This document shows, one piece after another, positions 50,023-59,859 of a DNA stretch of 64,000 bases (its first letter is position 1; each line of letters begins with the position of its first letter). Made by a program: the position numbers and the translations under genes. The DNA is taken from positions 96,001 to 160,000 of the forward strand of contig JAXGMI010000003.1 in assembly GCA_040768745.1 (NCBI GenBank). Reading direction: 5' to 3'. The notes beneath the pieces are model-generated. The model saw only the letters and a program-made list of their open reading frames with translations, did no database searches and had not been told where the DNA came from. The DNA comes from Desulfomicrobium sp. (GTDB lineage Bacteria > Desulfobacterota > Desulfovibrionia > Desulfovibrionales > Desulfomicrobiaceae).

Positions 50023-51015
50023 CTATCCGCCAATGGCGGTCATGGCCCGATTGCAGACCTGGGTGCGCTGCCTGTCCCGCAGCAGGCGGTAGCCCATGGG
50101 TTTTTCCCGGTTGGCCCGCTGGAACAGGTCCAGCAGTTCGGCCGTGCCATGGCCTGGACTGCGCAGAATGGCCCGCACATCATATTCCTGATCTGAAAAA
50201 AGGCAGGTCCGCAACTTGCCGTCGGAGGTGACCCGAAAGCGGTTGCAGCTGTCGCAGAAATGGTGACTGACCGCGGAAATGACCCCGATCCTCCCACTTC
50301 CTCCCGAAATCCGGTACATGCGGGCCGGACCGCTGTTGCGGGAAGCCTCGCGAACCTCATCCAGAGATACCAGTTCTTCCACCGCCCTGATGATCTCTTC
50401 GGCAGGCCAGTAATTGTCCTGGCTCCACCGGGACTGATAGCCGATGGGCATGAACTCGATGAAGCGCACGTCCACCCCATGGGTGCAGGCGAAATCGACA
50501 AACCCGGGCAGTTCACCGTCATTGACCCCTTTCAGGGCCACGACGTTCACCTTCACACGCAGCCCCTGACGCAGGCAGGCGTCAATGCCCGAGCGGACTC
50601 GATCATAGGCATCCACCCCGGTTATCTGCTCGAATTTTTTCCGCACCAAGGTGTCCAGGGAGATATTCAGGCATACTACTCCGGCATCGTGGATGGCTGC
50701 GACCCGCCCTTCGAGCATGGTGGCGTTGGTGGTGATACGCAGGTCCAATTCGGGAAACGCCCTGTGCAGACGGGCTACGAATGGAATGAAGTCCTTGCGG
50801 GCGAAGGGTTCTCCCCCGGTCAGCCTGATTTTTTCCACCCCCGCATGCCGGGCCGCGTCCACCAGTTCAAACATTTCCTCATAGGAAAGGATATCCTGGT
50901 GGGGGATGAAAACCCAGTCGTCTTGGGGTCTGCAGTACAGACAGCGCAGATTGCAGCGGTCTGTGATGCTGAGCCGCAGATAGCTTACCTTTCTGCCATG
51001 GGAGTCAACCAGCAT
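50023..51015 (-). CDS. moaA: GTP 3',8-cyclase (radical SAM)
   Basis: LRLSITDRCNLRCLYC, RLTGGEP, RFIEFMP, FCDSCNRFR....GKLRTCLF, C-terminal IGG. Confidence 0.96.
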   Translation of the reverse strand: MLVDSHGRKVSYLRLSITDRCNLRCLYCRPQDDWVFIPHQDILSYEEMFELVDAARHAGVEKIRLTGGEPFARKDFIPFVARLHRAFPELDLRITTNATMLEGRVAAIHDAGVVCLNISLDTLVRKKFEQITGVDAYDRVRSGIDACLRQGLRVKVNVVALKGVNDGELPGFVDFACTHGVDVRFIEFMPIGYQSRWSQDNYWPAEEIIRAVEELVSLDEVREASRNSGPARMYRISGGSGRIGVISAVSHHFCDSCNRFRVTSDGKLRTCLFSDQEYDVRAILRSPGHGTAELLDLFQRANREKPMGYRLLRDRQRTQVCNRAMTAIGG

Positions 51016-51076
51016 GATATACCTCGCGGAAAAATTCGGCACCCAACACCTATGTCCACCCTGGCAGAATGTAAAG

Positions 51077-52570
51077 TCAGCCTCCGGTCAGAACCTGCAA
51101 ACGTTTTTCGAGGTTGGGATCAATGGCCGGCCGCACAGTTCGCAGGACTTTGTCCACCCCCACCACGCCCAGGGCGGCCCCTTTGATGGTCCGTACATCC
51201 CGCACCAGGCACAGCAGCACATCCCCCCGGTCCCCCATTTTGAGATGGCTGGCCAGGGCCGCCAGGACCGCGGCCTCCTGCAGGGTGGTCTCAGGGACTT
51301 CCTGGCGGGGAAAGTCCCGCCTGATGATGACATGGGCCCCAGGGCCGTCCTGGGCGTGCAGCCAGTAATCAAACGGACTGGCAACCTGCGTCAGGAGCTG
51401 GTGATTGGCCTGGGCATTCCGGCCACGCAGCAGATAAAATCCATCCGAGGAGCGGTACACTCCGACCTTCAGCTTGCGGTAACGGGCCGGGAGCGGAAAA
51501 GAAGCCGCCTGGGCGGTGCAGGGCACTCCGTCCGGAACCGCTTGCCCGGAACGGGCTGCATCCAGTTCCCGGCGAACTGTCTCAAGGCGCGCGGCCACGG
51601 TGGCAAGCCCCCGCTCTCCCTTGGCCGCACGGGAAAAAAGACGAACCATGTTCTCCAGAACGGTACGCTCTGGATCCAGCCTGATCTCCTGTATCCTACC
51701 CTCCTGGTCCGGGAGCAGCAGCGTGGCCAGGCGGGCTGTCTTGTCGAGAGCATGGAGGTGATTCTGCAGCAAAAGGGCAGTGCCCCGCCCTTGAACCAGA
51801 CTCTGAAGACGTGCATGGTCCTCCTCCAGCCTCGTCACGATCCTCTCCAGACGCCGACAGGCTCTGGCTGCAGCCGACTGCTCAGCCCCGGCCCCGCTGG
51901 CAATACGGGCCAGAGTTGGCGCGTACGTGAATTCAGCAGCGTCCAGGGCGCCGGCAAAGCGGCGCTCGTCCTCCCCCATGCTCCAGAGCCGGACCTGGGC
52001 CCGGCCGCGCTCGTCCTGGCCGCAATGGAATGACACGCCGGTCTGCTGCCGCATGCTGAGCAGGAGAGATTCCCCGTCCGCAGGATTTAATCCGGCCAGA
52101 TGACGGCGCAACGGTGGGGTCAGATGGGGGTGTGTCTTCCACAGATCTGGCTGGGAAAGGATGCGGTCCAGGTCCGGCCATTGCGGCGGCATGCCGAATT
52201 CCGAAGGCAATGCCTCCACCAATGATGGAGGCCCCTGCAGATCGACAACGAGCCACACACCTTCTCCTGCGGACAGACGCAGGGCCAACCTGCGTCGTGG
52301 CCAATCCGAGACCGATTCGAGAATGAAGCGTCCCCGCAAGCGTTTCCTCAGCCACATGGTTTGTCCGCCGGGATTGCAGGGGTTCTCCGGCTTGTGCTGG
52401 GTCAGATAAAAAAAAGGGACCGGCTTGCCGGCGTGCCAGATCAGATAGCCGGCTCGACCCAGGGCAATATTCCAGGTGAAGGGCAACGGAGTGAAGACCT
52501 TCTCGATCCGCATGCCCACAATACGCCCGGCCAACTCCAGCGCGGCGAAGCAGAAAACGCTCGCATCCAT
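51077..52570 (-). CDS. NFACT (RqcH/FbpA-like) RNA-binding protein
   Basis: GMRIEKV, WLRKRLRG, SSDGFYLLRGRNAQANHQL, YWLHAQDGPGAHVII. Confidence 0.85.
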   Translation of the reverse strand: MDASVFCFAALELAGRIVGMRIEKVFTPLPFTWNIALGRAGYLIWHAGKPVPFFYLTQHKPENPCNPGGQTMWLRKRLRGRFILESVSDWPRRRLALRLSAGEGVWLVVDLQGPPSLVEALPSEFGMPPQWPDLDRILSQPDLWKTHPHLTPPLRRHLAGLNPADGESLLLSMRQQTGVSFHCGQDERGRAQVRLWSMGEDERRFAGALDAAEFTYAPTLARIASGAGAEQSAAARACRRLERIVTRLEEDHARLQSLVQGRGTALLLQNHLHALDKTARLATLLLPDQEGRIQEIRLDPERTVLENMVRLFSRAAKGERGLATVAARLETVRRELDAARSGQAVPDGVPCTAQAASFPLPARYRKLKVGVYRSSDGFYLLRGRNAQANHQLLTQVASPFDYWLHAQDGPGAHVIIRRDFPRQEVPETTLQEAAVLAALASHLKMGDRGDVLLCLVRDVRTIKGAALGVVGVDKVLRTVRPAIDPNLEKRLQVLTGG

Positions 52571-52636
52571 ATCGATGAAAAAAAAGCGCGTCCCGGTCAG
52601 GGGCGCGCTCGTTCGACACAAGGTTGAAGGACTGTG

Positions 52637-52999
52637 CTATTCGCCACGGAGGCGCTCTTCTTCTTCCCTGCGGCTCTTGCATTCGATGCACAGGGTCGTC
52701 ACCGGGCGGGCTTTGAGGCGAGGAATGCCTATATCTTCCCCGCAATCCTCGCAGACCCCGAATGTACCATCGTCAATGCGATCCAGGGCCTCGTTGATCT
52801 TCTTGATGAGCTTGCGATCCCTGTCGCGCAGACGCAAGGTGAACGTCCGGTCCGACTCCGCGGAGGCCCTGTCGGCAGGGTCGGAATAATATTCAACATT
52901 TTCGGACATGTCTTCGATGGTCGCCTCACCCTGCCGCTGGATATCGTCAATCATCTGCGTCAAATATTCTCTGAAGAACTCAAGGTCTTTGGCTTCCAT
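52637..52999 (-). CDS. dksA: RNA polymerase-binding factor DksA
   Basis: DPADRASAE, RDRDRKLIKKI, C4 zinc finger CEDC...RLKARP...CIEC. Confidence 0.95.
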   Translation of the reverse strand: MEAKDLEFFREYLTQMIDDIQRQGEATIEDMSENVEYYSDPADRASAESDRTFTLRLRDRDRKLIKKINEALDRIDDGTFGVCEDCGEDIGIPRLKARPVTTLCIECKSRREEEERLRGE

Positions 53000-53148
53000 G
53001 ATGCTCCCTCCTGCGGACCAGTTGATACGGAGGAGTGTTACTATTCACTAGGAACCGAAAAGTAAAGGCTTTGCCCTTTTTTGGCATTTTGCCACGAACC
53101 GCGGTTATATACCAGCCTGAATCCTCAAAAAAAGGATGCATTTTTTCA

Positions 53149-53177
53149 TTGACACCCTGCGCGCCCCCTTATAAACA
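53149..53177 (+). promoter_or_regulatory. Putative sigma70 promoter of the tRNA cluster
   Basis: TTGACA-N17-TAAACA, ending 14 bp before tRNA-Gly, with AT-rich sequence upstream. Confidence 0.6.
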
Positions 53178-53191
53178 CGACTCCTCGTTGA

Positions 53192-53266
<75 letters not shown>

Positions 53267-53272
53267 CAACGA

Positions 53273-53347
<75 letters not shown>

Positions 53348-53351
53348 CAAC

Positions 53352-53427
<76 letters not shown>

Positions 53428-53434
53428 CAAACAA

Positions 53435-53466
53435 GAAAGGCCGGTTTCGCCGGCCTTTCCTTTTTC
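53435..53466 (+). terminator. Intrinsic terminator after the tRNA cluster
   Basis: GAAAGGCCGG-TTTCG-CCGGCCTTTC followed by CTTTTT. Confidence 0.85.
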
Positions 53467-53536
53467 CGTGACCCGGAACCGAACCCGGAACAGCATGGGC
53501 ATCCGTGTGGATGTCCACCTTCCCCCGTTCCGAACC

Positions 53537-55027
53537 TCATTTCCGTCCTCCGAAGACGGATCCGAGCACCCCCCGCAGGATCTGTCGTCCAATCTGGCTG
53601 CCGATGGTGCGCGCGGCGCTTTTCACCAATGCTTCGCCCAATCCCTGTCGGCGTGACGTCCCAGTCAGCCACTCGAATCCACTGCCCTTCTCAGGTTTAT
53701 CCCTCTTCCTGCTCACTTCCTCGGCTTGGGTCAAGGCAGCCGCAGCCCTGGCTTGCAGGCGTTCGAAGGCCGACTCGCGGTCCAGCATGTTGTCGTATCG
53801 GCCCTTGAGCGGCGATTTGTCCATGATGCGCGCCCGCTCAGGCTCATCCAAAACCCCGATCTGCGACTGCGGGGGCCGGACCAGAACCCTCTCCACAACG
53901 CGTGGACGACCTTTCTCGTCCAGGGTGGAGACCAGGGCCTCTCCAACGCCCAGCTCCGTGATGACCGTGCCCGTTTCGAATTTGGGATTGGGCCGGAATG
54001 TCTCAGCCACCATGCGCACTGCCTTCTGCTCCTTCGGTGTGTAGGCGCGGAGTGCGTGCTGCACCTTCAGCCCCAGCTGGGCCAGGATCTGATCGGGAAT
54101 GTCCACTGGACTCTGGGTTACAAAGTAGATGCCCACCCCCTTGGAACGGATCAGACGGACCACCTGCTCGATCTTGTCCACCAGGGCCTTGGGCGCGTTG
54201 TCGAAAAGGAGATGGGCCTCATCAAAAAAGAAGACCATCTTGGGTAAACTGAGGTCTCCCACTTCGGGCAGCTGCTCGAAAAGCTCGGCCAGGAGCCACA
54301 ACAGAAAGGTGGCGTATATCTTGGGAGAACGCGACATGAGGCTTGTGGCGTCCAGCAGGGAGATGACGCCGTTTCCGGAAAAATCCACGTGCATGAGGTC
54401 GGCGAGGGCCAGGGCCGGTTCCCCGAAAAATACATCCCCGCCCTGCTCTTCCAGGACCAGAAGCTGGCGTTGGATTGCACCCACGCTGGCCGGACTGATG
54501 TTCCCGAAGGAGGCACGCAGCTCGGTGGCGTTCTCGGACATGAATGCCAGCATGGACCGCAGATCTTTCAAATCCAGGAGCAGCAGGCCCTCTTCGTCGG
54601 CAATGCGGAAGCAGGCATAGAGGATGCCGCTTTGGGTTTCGTTCAGGTCAAGAAGCGACGAAAGCAGGAGGGGTCCCATCTCCGAAATGGTACTCCGCAA
54701 CGGGTGGCCGGTCTTGCCGAAAATATCCCAGAAAACCACCGGACACCCCTGGAAGGAAAAACCCTCCACCGGCATGGCCGCCAAGCGTTCCTCGACCTTC
54801 GGATGCGGCTTGCCGGGCGCGGCGATACCCGAAAGATCGCCCTTGATGTCGGCGGCAAAGACAGGAACGCCCATCCTTGAGAAACTTTCAGCCAGAACTT
54901 GCAGGGTCACGGTCTTGCCCGTGCCCGTGGCCCCTGTGACCAGCCCGTGCCTGTTGGCCATGGTCCCCAGTTGATAAATGCCAATCCCCGACGCCCCGCC
55001 GATCAAGAATCCAGTTTCTGTTCCCAT
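53537..55027 (-). CDS. HerA-like / DUF853 (YjgR-type) ATPase
   Basis: ANRHGLVTGATGTGKT, DIKGDLSG, SEMGPLLL, FFFDEAHLLF, LIRSKGVG, QHALRAYTP. Confidence 0.92.
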   Translation of the reverse strand: MGTETGFLIGGASGIGIYQLGTMANRHGLVTGATGTGKTVTLQVLAESFSRMGVPVFAADIKGDLSGIAAPGKPHPKVEERLAAMPVEGFSFQGCPVVFWDIFGKTGHPLRSTISEMGPLLLSSLLDLNETQSGILYACFRIADEEGLLLLDLKDLRSMLAFMSENATELRASFGNISPASVGAIQRQLLVLEEQGGDVFFGEPALALADLMHVDFSGNGVISLLDATSLMSRSPKIYATFLLWLLAELFEQLPEVGDLSLPKMVFFFDEAHLLFDNAPKALVDKIEQVVRLIRSKGVGIYFVTQSPVDIPDQILAQLGLKVQHALRAYTPKEQKAVRMVAETFRPNPKFETGTVITELGVGEALVSTLDEKGRPRVVERVLVRPPQSQIGVLDEPERARIMDKSPLKGRYDNMLDRESAFERLQARAAAALTQAEEVSRKRDKPEKGSGFEWLTGTSRRQGLGEALVKSAARTIGSQIGRQILRGVLGSVFGGRK

Positions 55028-55218
55028 TCCCTCACTCCCTTTCCGGTGTTCACGTGGCACTGTTCACGGCCCAGGCCCTACCAGAAACAACGCAAAAGAC
55101 AAAGACCATTGACTTACGCCTCAAGGCTCGTCACAACGGCTGTCGATGATTCGTTCCGGCACGATTTCCCCTCATAACGGCGCATAGCGGTACACCTCAG
55201 CCTTATCCAATCCATAAC

Positions 55219-56946
55219 ATGATCACCATCACCCCCTGCCCCAAAGGCTATGTAGCGGACCTGGATAAAACCTGCACTCCCGAGGAAACAGTGGCCAGGG
55301 CCAAGGCGGCCTTTGCCGCCTCGGACAAACGCATTCTGGCCCAGACCCGGCGCATCGATACTGGCCGCCTGGGCATCCCGGTGTTCATGTCCATCTGCGG
55401 AGAGGACGCGAGAGAGATCATGCCCACCCGCAAGCAGATGGGCAAAGGCGCCTCCCCGGCCCAGGCGGAAGCGTCCGCGCTGATGGAACTCGTCGAAAGG
55501 TTCAGCTTTTTCAGGTTCTGGAACATCGAGGACACGTTCCACCCCATGACCTGGTCCCGGGCCCAAGCCCTTTTCGGCGAACGTCTCCTCCCGGTCTCAT
55601 TTATGACCCAATCAGTTTCCGACCCTGTCAGCGAGGCCGAAGCGATTCGCATCCTCGACCTCGTGCCCTGGCGTTTCGCCCCGGTCACGGACATCAGCGC
55701 AAGCCGGGAATTTGTGGCTCCCCTGGACTGGTTCAAGAAACTCAATGAGTTCAATGGGTCCTCCGCAGGAAATACCCTGGAGGAATCCATGCTCCAGGGC
55801 GCCTGCGAGTTGATCGAACGTCATGTCTGCGCCGTGGTCGACCGCACCAGACCCGAGACCCCGAGCATCGATCCCACATCCTTTTCCGACCCGGTACTGA
55901 TCGAACTGTACAAAAAATTCACCGCCAACAGCCTCGACGTCTGGATCAAGGATTTCAGCCTGGATTTCCCGGTGCCCACAGTGGGCGCATTAGTCATGGA
56001 CCCTGCCACATTCCCCGACCGAAGCGAAATCGTCTTCACCGCGGGCACGGCCAGCTCTCCGGAAAAAGCCGCCATCCGGGCGCTGACGGAAGTGGCCCAG
56101 CTCGGCGGGGATTTCGAAACCTGCAGCAACTATGAGGCCTCGGGCCTGCCCAAGTTCACTCATCCCGGACAATTCTCGTGGCTTACGCGGGGTCCTGCAG
56201 TATCCATCCATTCGCTGCCATCTGGCAAGGATGCGGACATCGGCCAGGAACTCCTTGTCCTTTGCGCACGCCTGAAGGAGCAGGGATACACCTTCTTTTC
56301 GGTGGACACGACCGCACCAGAGCTGGGCGTTCCGTCCAACTACAATTTCGTGCCCGGATTCCTCTTCCGGGAGCGCACTCCCCAGGCATCCCTGGGGCTT
56401 TTCGTCGGCCGGATTCTGGCTGAGGACATGGACCCCGATGAGGCCTGGGCCGGTCTCGACGTCCTTGAAAGCATCCATCCTGAGGCCCATTACCTTCCCT
56501 TTTTCAGAGGAATTGTGTCCTTGCGCCAGGAAAACATCCACGACGCAGCGTCCTGGTTCGCCCTGGCCGAGGACCTGCAGCCCGACGCGGACGATCGCGG
56601 CATGGCTGCGTTCTATCAGGCCTACGCCCTTTCCCAGCAGGGACTGTGGGCCGAAGCCATTCCCCATCTGGACCGGGCCGTGACCTGCTGCCCGGACGTG
56701 AAAGAGTATTTCAACTTACGGGGCGTGGCCTATTTCAGGCAGAAGGAGTTTGCGCGTGCCGCCGCCAACTTCGAGCTGGCCTTGAATCTCGACAGCGGGT
56801 CGGCCATGGATCTGGCCAACCTGGGGCTGTGTCATAAGTTCCTGAACAACACGGACAAGGCTAGGGAACTTCTGGGTGAAGCCCTGCACCTCGATCCGAG
56901 CCTGGAATTTGCACGCACCCACCTGAACGAACTGGAAGTCCGATAA
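55219..56946 (+). CDS. YcaO-family protein with C-terminal TPR repeats
   Basis: PEETV, RIDTGRLGIPV, QMGKG...ASALMELVERFS, NGSSAGNTLEE...ELIERH, AIRALTEVAQ; TPR-like YFNLRGVAYF...AAANFELAL, LANLGLCH. Confidence 0.9.
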   Translation: MITITPCPKGYVADLDKTCTPEETVARAKAAFAASDKRILAQTRRIDTGRLGIPVFMSICGEDAREIMPTRKQMGKGASPAQAEASALMELVERFSFFRFWNIEDTFHPMTWSRAQALFGERLLPVSFMTQSVSDPVSEAEAIRILDLVPWRFAPVTDISASREFVAPLDWFKKLNEFNGSSAGNTLEESMLQGACELIERHVCAVVDRTRPETPSIDPTSFSDPVLIELYKKFTANSLDVWIKDFSLDFPVPTVGALVMDPATFPDRSEIVFTAGTASSPEKAAIRALTEVAQLGGDFETCSNYEASGLPKFTHPGQFSWLTRGPAVSIHSLPSGKDADIGQELLVLCARLKEQGYTFFSVDTTAPELGVPSNYNFVPGFLFRERTPQASLGLFVGRILAEDMDPDEAWAGLDVLESIHPEAHYLPFFRGIVSLRQENIHDAASWFALAEDLQPDADDRGMAAFYQAYALSQQGLWAEAIPHLDRAVTCCPDVKEYFNLRGVAYFRQKEFARAAANFELALNLDSGSAMDLANLGLCHKFLNNTDKARELLGEALHLDPSLEFARTHLNELEVR

Positions 56947-56956
56947 GGAGGACTTT

Positions 56957-57319
56957 ATGGACATCAGCAAGAAGATAGCGGAACTCAAGGCCGAACCCGG
57001 CTTCCGGGAGAACGTGGGTATGGTCCTGGTCCACAACGGGGTGGTCCGGGCTTGGTCCCGCAAGGACAAGGGCAAGGTCGGCCGGGTCAGGATCGAGGTC
57101 GACCAGGCCAAGGTCGAGGCCATCCGGAAGGAATTCGAGGCCCGGCCCGGCATCTTCCGGGTCGTGGCCGAAGCCAGAAGCGGCGAGTACGTGCCGGGCG
57201 ACGACCTGCTCTTCCTCATCGTGGCCGGCGACATCCGCGAAAACGTCAAGCCCGCCCTCGCCGACCTCCTGGACCGCATCAAGTCCGAGGCCGTGACCAA
57301 ACAGGAACTTTCGGAATAA
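56957..57319 (+). CDS. Short MoaE-like protein (molybdopterin synthase large-subunit family)
   Basis: VGMVLVHNGVVR, GDDLLFLIVAGDIRENV; AAGGAGG RBS directly after the ycaO stop. Confidence 0.75.
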   Translation: MDISKKIAELKAEPGFRENVGMVLVHNGVVRAWSRKDKGKVGRVRIEVDQAKVEAIRKEFEARPGIFRVVAEARSGEYVPGDDLLFLIVAGDIRENVKPALADLLDRIKSEAVTKQELSE

Positions 57320-57334
57320 CCGGAGAAACGAACC

Positions 57335-58957
57335 ATGAAGCGTCATTCACTTCCCACCCTGCTCTGCACGATCCTCCTTGGCGCATCCCTTTTTCTGTCA
57401 CAGGCCGCCATGGCCGCCACGGACCTGCCAACCCCGACCGGCGGCACCAGCTTCGACTACGCCTGGCTCAAGGGCCGCGCCCGCCATCTGGCGGAACAGC
57501 CATACGTGAACCATGCCGGCGAAATCCCGGAATCCCTCAAGAACCTGAGCTGGGACGCCTACATGCAACTGGCCTTCAACTCGGAGCACGCCCTGTGGAA
57601 GAGCGACGCGTCCCTGTTCCGGGCCGAGCTGTTCCACCTCGGCCTCTTCTTCAAGACGCCCATCACCATCTATGAACTGCAGGGCGGGAAGGTCAAAGAG
57701 CTCGACTACACCCCCGACCTCTTCACCTACGGCAAGTCCGGAGTCAAAGGAAAGGACCTGCCCAAGAACCTCGGCTTCGCGGGCTTCCGCCTGCGTTACC
57801 ACACGGACTGGACCCGCGACCTGATCGCCTTCCTGGGCGCCAGCTACTTCCGCGCCGTGGGCGGCGAGATGCAGTACGGCATGTCGGCCCGCGGCCTGGC
57901 CGTGGACACTGCCCTGCCGCGCGACGAGGAGTTCCCGACCTTCACCCACTTCTGGCTGGAGAAGCCACGCCCGGGCAGCGACACGGCCACGGTCTACGCC
58001 CTGCTGGACTCGCCCAGCGTGACCGGCGCGTACCGCTTCGACATCCGCCCCGGCCAGACCCTGACCATGCGCGTCGACGCGGCCATCTACCCGCGCAAAC
58101 CCATCGAGCGTCTCGGCATCGCCCCCCTGACCAGCATGTTCATGGTCGGCGAGAACGACCGCCGCATGAACCATGACTGGCGGCCCGAGCTGCACGATTC
58201 CGACGGTCTGGCCATGCACAACGGCAACGGCGAGTGGATCTGGCGGCCCCTGAACAACCCGCCCTTCCTGCGCTTCAACGCCTACATGGACCACAACCCG
58301 CGCGGCTTCGGCCTCGTCCAGCGCGACCAGAACTTCAATCACTACCAGGATGACGGCGTGTTCTACGACAAGCGCCCGAGCGTGTGGATCGAACCCATCG
58401 GCCAGTGGGGCACCGGCTTCGTGCAGCTGGTCGAGATCGCCAACCTCGACGAGACCTTCGACAACATCGTGGCCTTCTGGAACCCGGCCGACCCCGTCCA
58501 GGCCGGCCAGGAGCTGCTCTACAGCTACAACATGTACTGGGGCACCAATCCTCCGTCCCAGACTAAACTGGGCAAGGTCGTGGACACCTTCACGGGCCTG
58601 GGAGGCGTGGTCGGCGTTGTCCGCAAGTACTACAGCCAGCGCTTCGCCGTGGACTTCTCCGGCGGCGACCTGGCCATGATCGGCAAGGGCACGGAGATCA
58701 AGCCGGTCCTGGAGACCTCGGCCGGCCGCATCGAGATCACCTCGGTCCGTCCCCAGCACGCCATAAACGGCTTCCGCTGCATGTTCGACGTCGTGCCGCC
58801 GGACGACACCCAGAACCCCATCAACCTGCGCCTCTACCTGGACGCCGACGGTCGCCCCCTGACGGAAACCTGGATCTACCAGTGGACGCCGCCGGCCGCG
58901 GGAGACCGCCATCTCTACAACCCGGGCCACCTGGAAAAGCAGCCGGGCGCCAACTAA
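57335..58957 (+). CDS. opgG: Osmoregulated periplasmic glucan protein, OpgG/OpgD (MdoG) family
   Basis: Signal peptide; FLGASYFRA, YGMSARGLA, EEFP.F, RPELHDSDGL, WRPLNNP, ETFDNIVAFW; OpgD not excluded. Confidence 0.9.
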   Translation: MKRHSLPTLLCTILLGASLFLSQAAMAATDLPTPTGGTSFDYAWLKGRARHLAEQPYVNHAGEIPESLKNLSWDAYMQLAFNSEHALWKSDASLFRAELFHLGLFFKTPITIYELQGGKVKELDYTPDLFTYGKSGVKGKDLPKNLGFAGFRLRYHTDWTRDLIAFLGASYFRAVGGEMQYGMSARGLAVDTALPRDEEFPTFTHFWLEKPRPGSDTATVYALLDSPSVTGAYRFDIRPGQTLTMRVDAAIYPRKPIERLGIAPLTSMFMVGENDRRMNHDWRPELHDSDGLAMHNGNGEWIWRPLNNPPFLRFNAYMDHNPRGFGLVQRDQNFNHYQDDGVFYDKRPSVWIEPIGQWGTGFVQLVEIANLDETFDNIVAFWNPADPVQAGQELLYSYNMYWGTNPPSQTKLGKVVDTFTGLGGVVGVVRKYYSQRFAVDFSGGDLAMIGKGTEIKPVLETSAGRIEITSVRPQHAINGFRCMFDVVPPDDTQNPINLRLYLDADGRPLTETWIYQWTPPAAGDRHLYNPGHLEKQPGAN

Positions 58958-58964
58958 ACGCACA

Positions 58965-58997
58965 AAAGGCAGGCCCGCAAGCCTGCCCTTTTTCTTT
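58965..58997. terminator. Bidirectional intrinsic terminator
   Basis: AAAAGGCAGGC-CCGCAA-GCCTGCC-CTTTTT between convergent genes. Confidence 0.75.
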
Positions 58998-59034
58998 CCC
59001 GACCCCGAAGCCGGGACGACGGCCGCCCGAACCT

Positions 59035-59859
59035 TCAGCCCAGGAACGGTTCCGCCAGGGCCCGCACCCGCATGGCCTCCTCGTCCTTGCCGCGTTTGAT
59101 GCAGCCCTGGGCATAGAGACGGACCCGCTCCCCCAGGGACGCCACGGCCAGGGCCCGCTGCTCGGCGGTCAGATCCATGCTCCGCAGCAGGTCGACGACG
59201 GCGTAGACCCGGTACAGATCCAGGCCGATGATGCGCCGGGAGAGCTGGTCCGCGTGCCCGCCGGTCTTGACGACCAGGGCCTCGGGGACAAGGCCCACGG
59301 CGTGGCGGACCGCGACCCGCAGCCACAGGCTGTAGTCCTCGCAGGCAGGCAGTCGCTCGTCGAACGGCCCCAACTCGTCCCAAAGATTGCGGGAAAACAT
59401 GACGCAGGACGGGCTGATCAGACAGAGTTCCAGGGACTTCTCCAGAAACCAGCCGGCGGGCTTGGCGTGCTTGAAGCGCGGGTTGACCCGCACGCCGTCG
59501 CGGATCCAGGTCTCGTCGGTCTGGCAGATCTGCAGGCCGCTTTCGGCCAGGAAGCGGACCTGCCGCTCAAGCTTCTCCGGCAGCCAGTAGTCGTCGGAAT
59601 CCAGGAGCGCGATATAGCGGCCCCGGCTGGCGGCGATGCCCAGGTTGCGGGCGGAGCTGACCCCTTTATTTTCCTGACGCATTCCCGTAAGCCGGGGATC
59701 GTCGAAGCCGGCCAGGACCTGCGCGGTATGGTCGGTGGAGCCGTCGTCGACAACGATGAGCTCCAGGTCGGCCCATGTCTGCGCCAGCACCGAGGCCACT
59801 GCCCGACCCAGAACGCCCGCCCGGTTGTGGGCGGGAATGATCACGGAAACACATGTCAT
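59035..59859 (-). CDS. Glycosyltransferase family 2
   Basis: VSVIIPAHNR, VVDDGSTD, NKGVSSARNLG, LLDSDD, CEDYSLWLR. Confidence 0.92.
   Translation of the reverse strand: MTCVSVIIPAHNRAGVLGRAVASVLAQTWADLELIVVDDGSTDHTAQVLAGFDDPRLTGMRQENKGVSSARNLGIAASRGRYIALLDSDDYWLPEKLERQVRFLAESGLQICQTDETWIRDGVRVNPRFKHAKPAGWFLEKSLELCLISPSCVMFSRNLWDELGPFDERLPACEDYSLWLRVAVRHAVGLVPEALVVKTGGHADQLSRRIIGLDLYRVYAVVDLLRSMDLTAEQRALAVASLGERVRLYAQGCIKRGKDEEAMRVRALAEPFLG

Noticed and set aside
50023..51015. Radical SAM enzyme as a RiPP maturase partnering YcaO
   Set aside because: It has all MoaA hallmarks including the C-terminal GG, so it is ordinary Moco synthesis
53537..55027. HerA-based anti-phage system (with NurA or Sir2)
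   Set aside because: The protein is the widespread DUF853/YjgR type and has no adjacent nuclease or sirtuin
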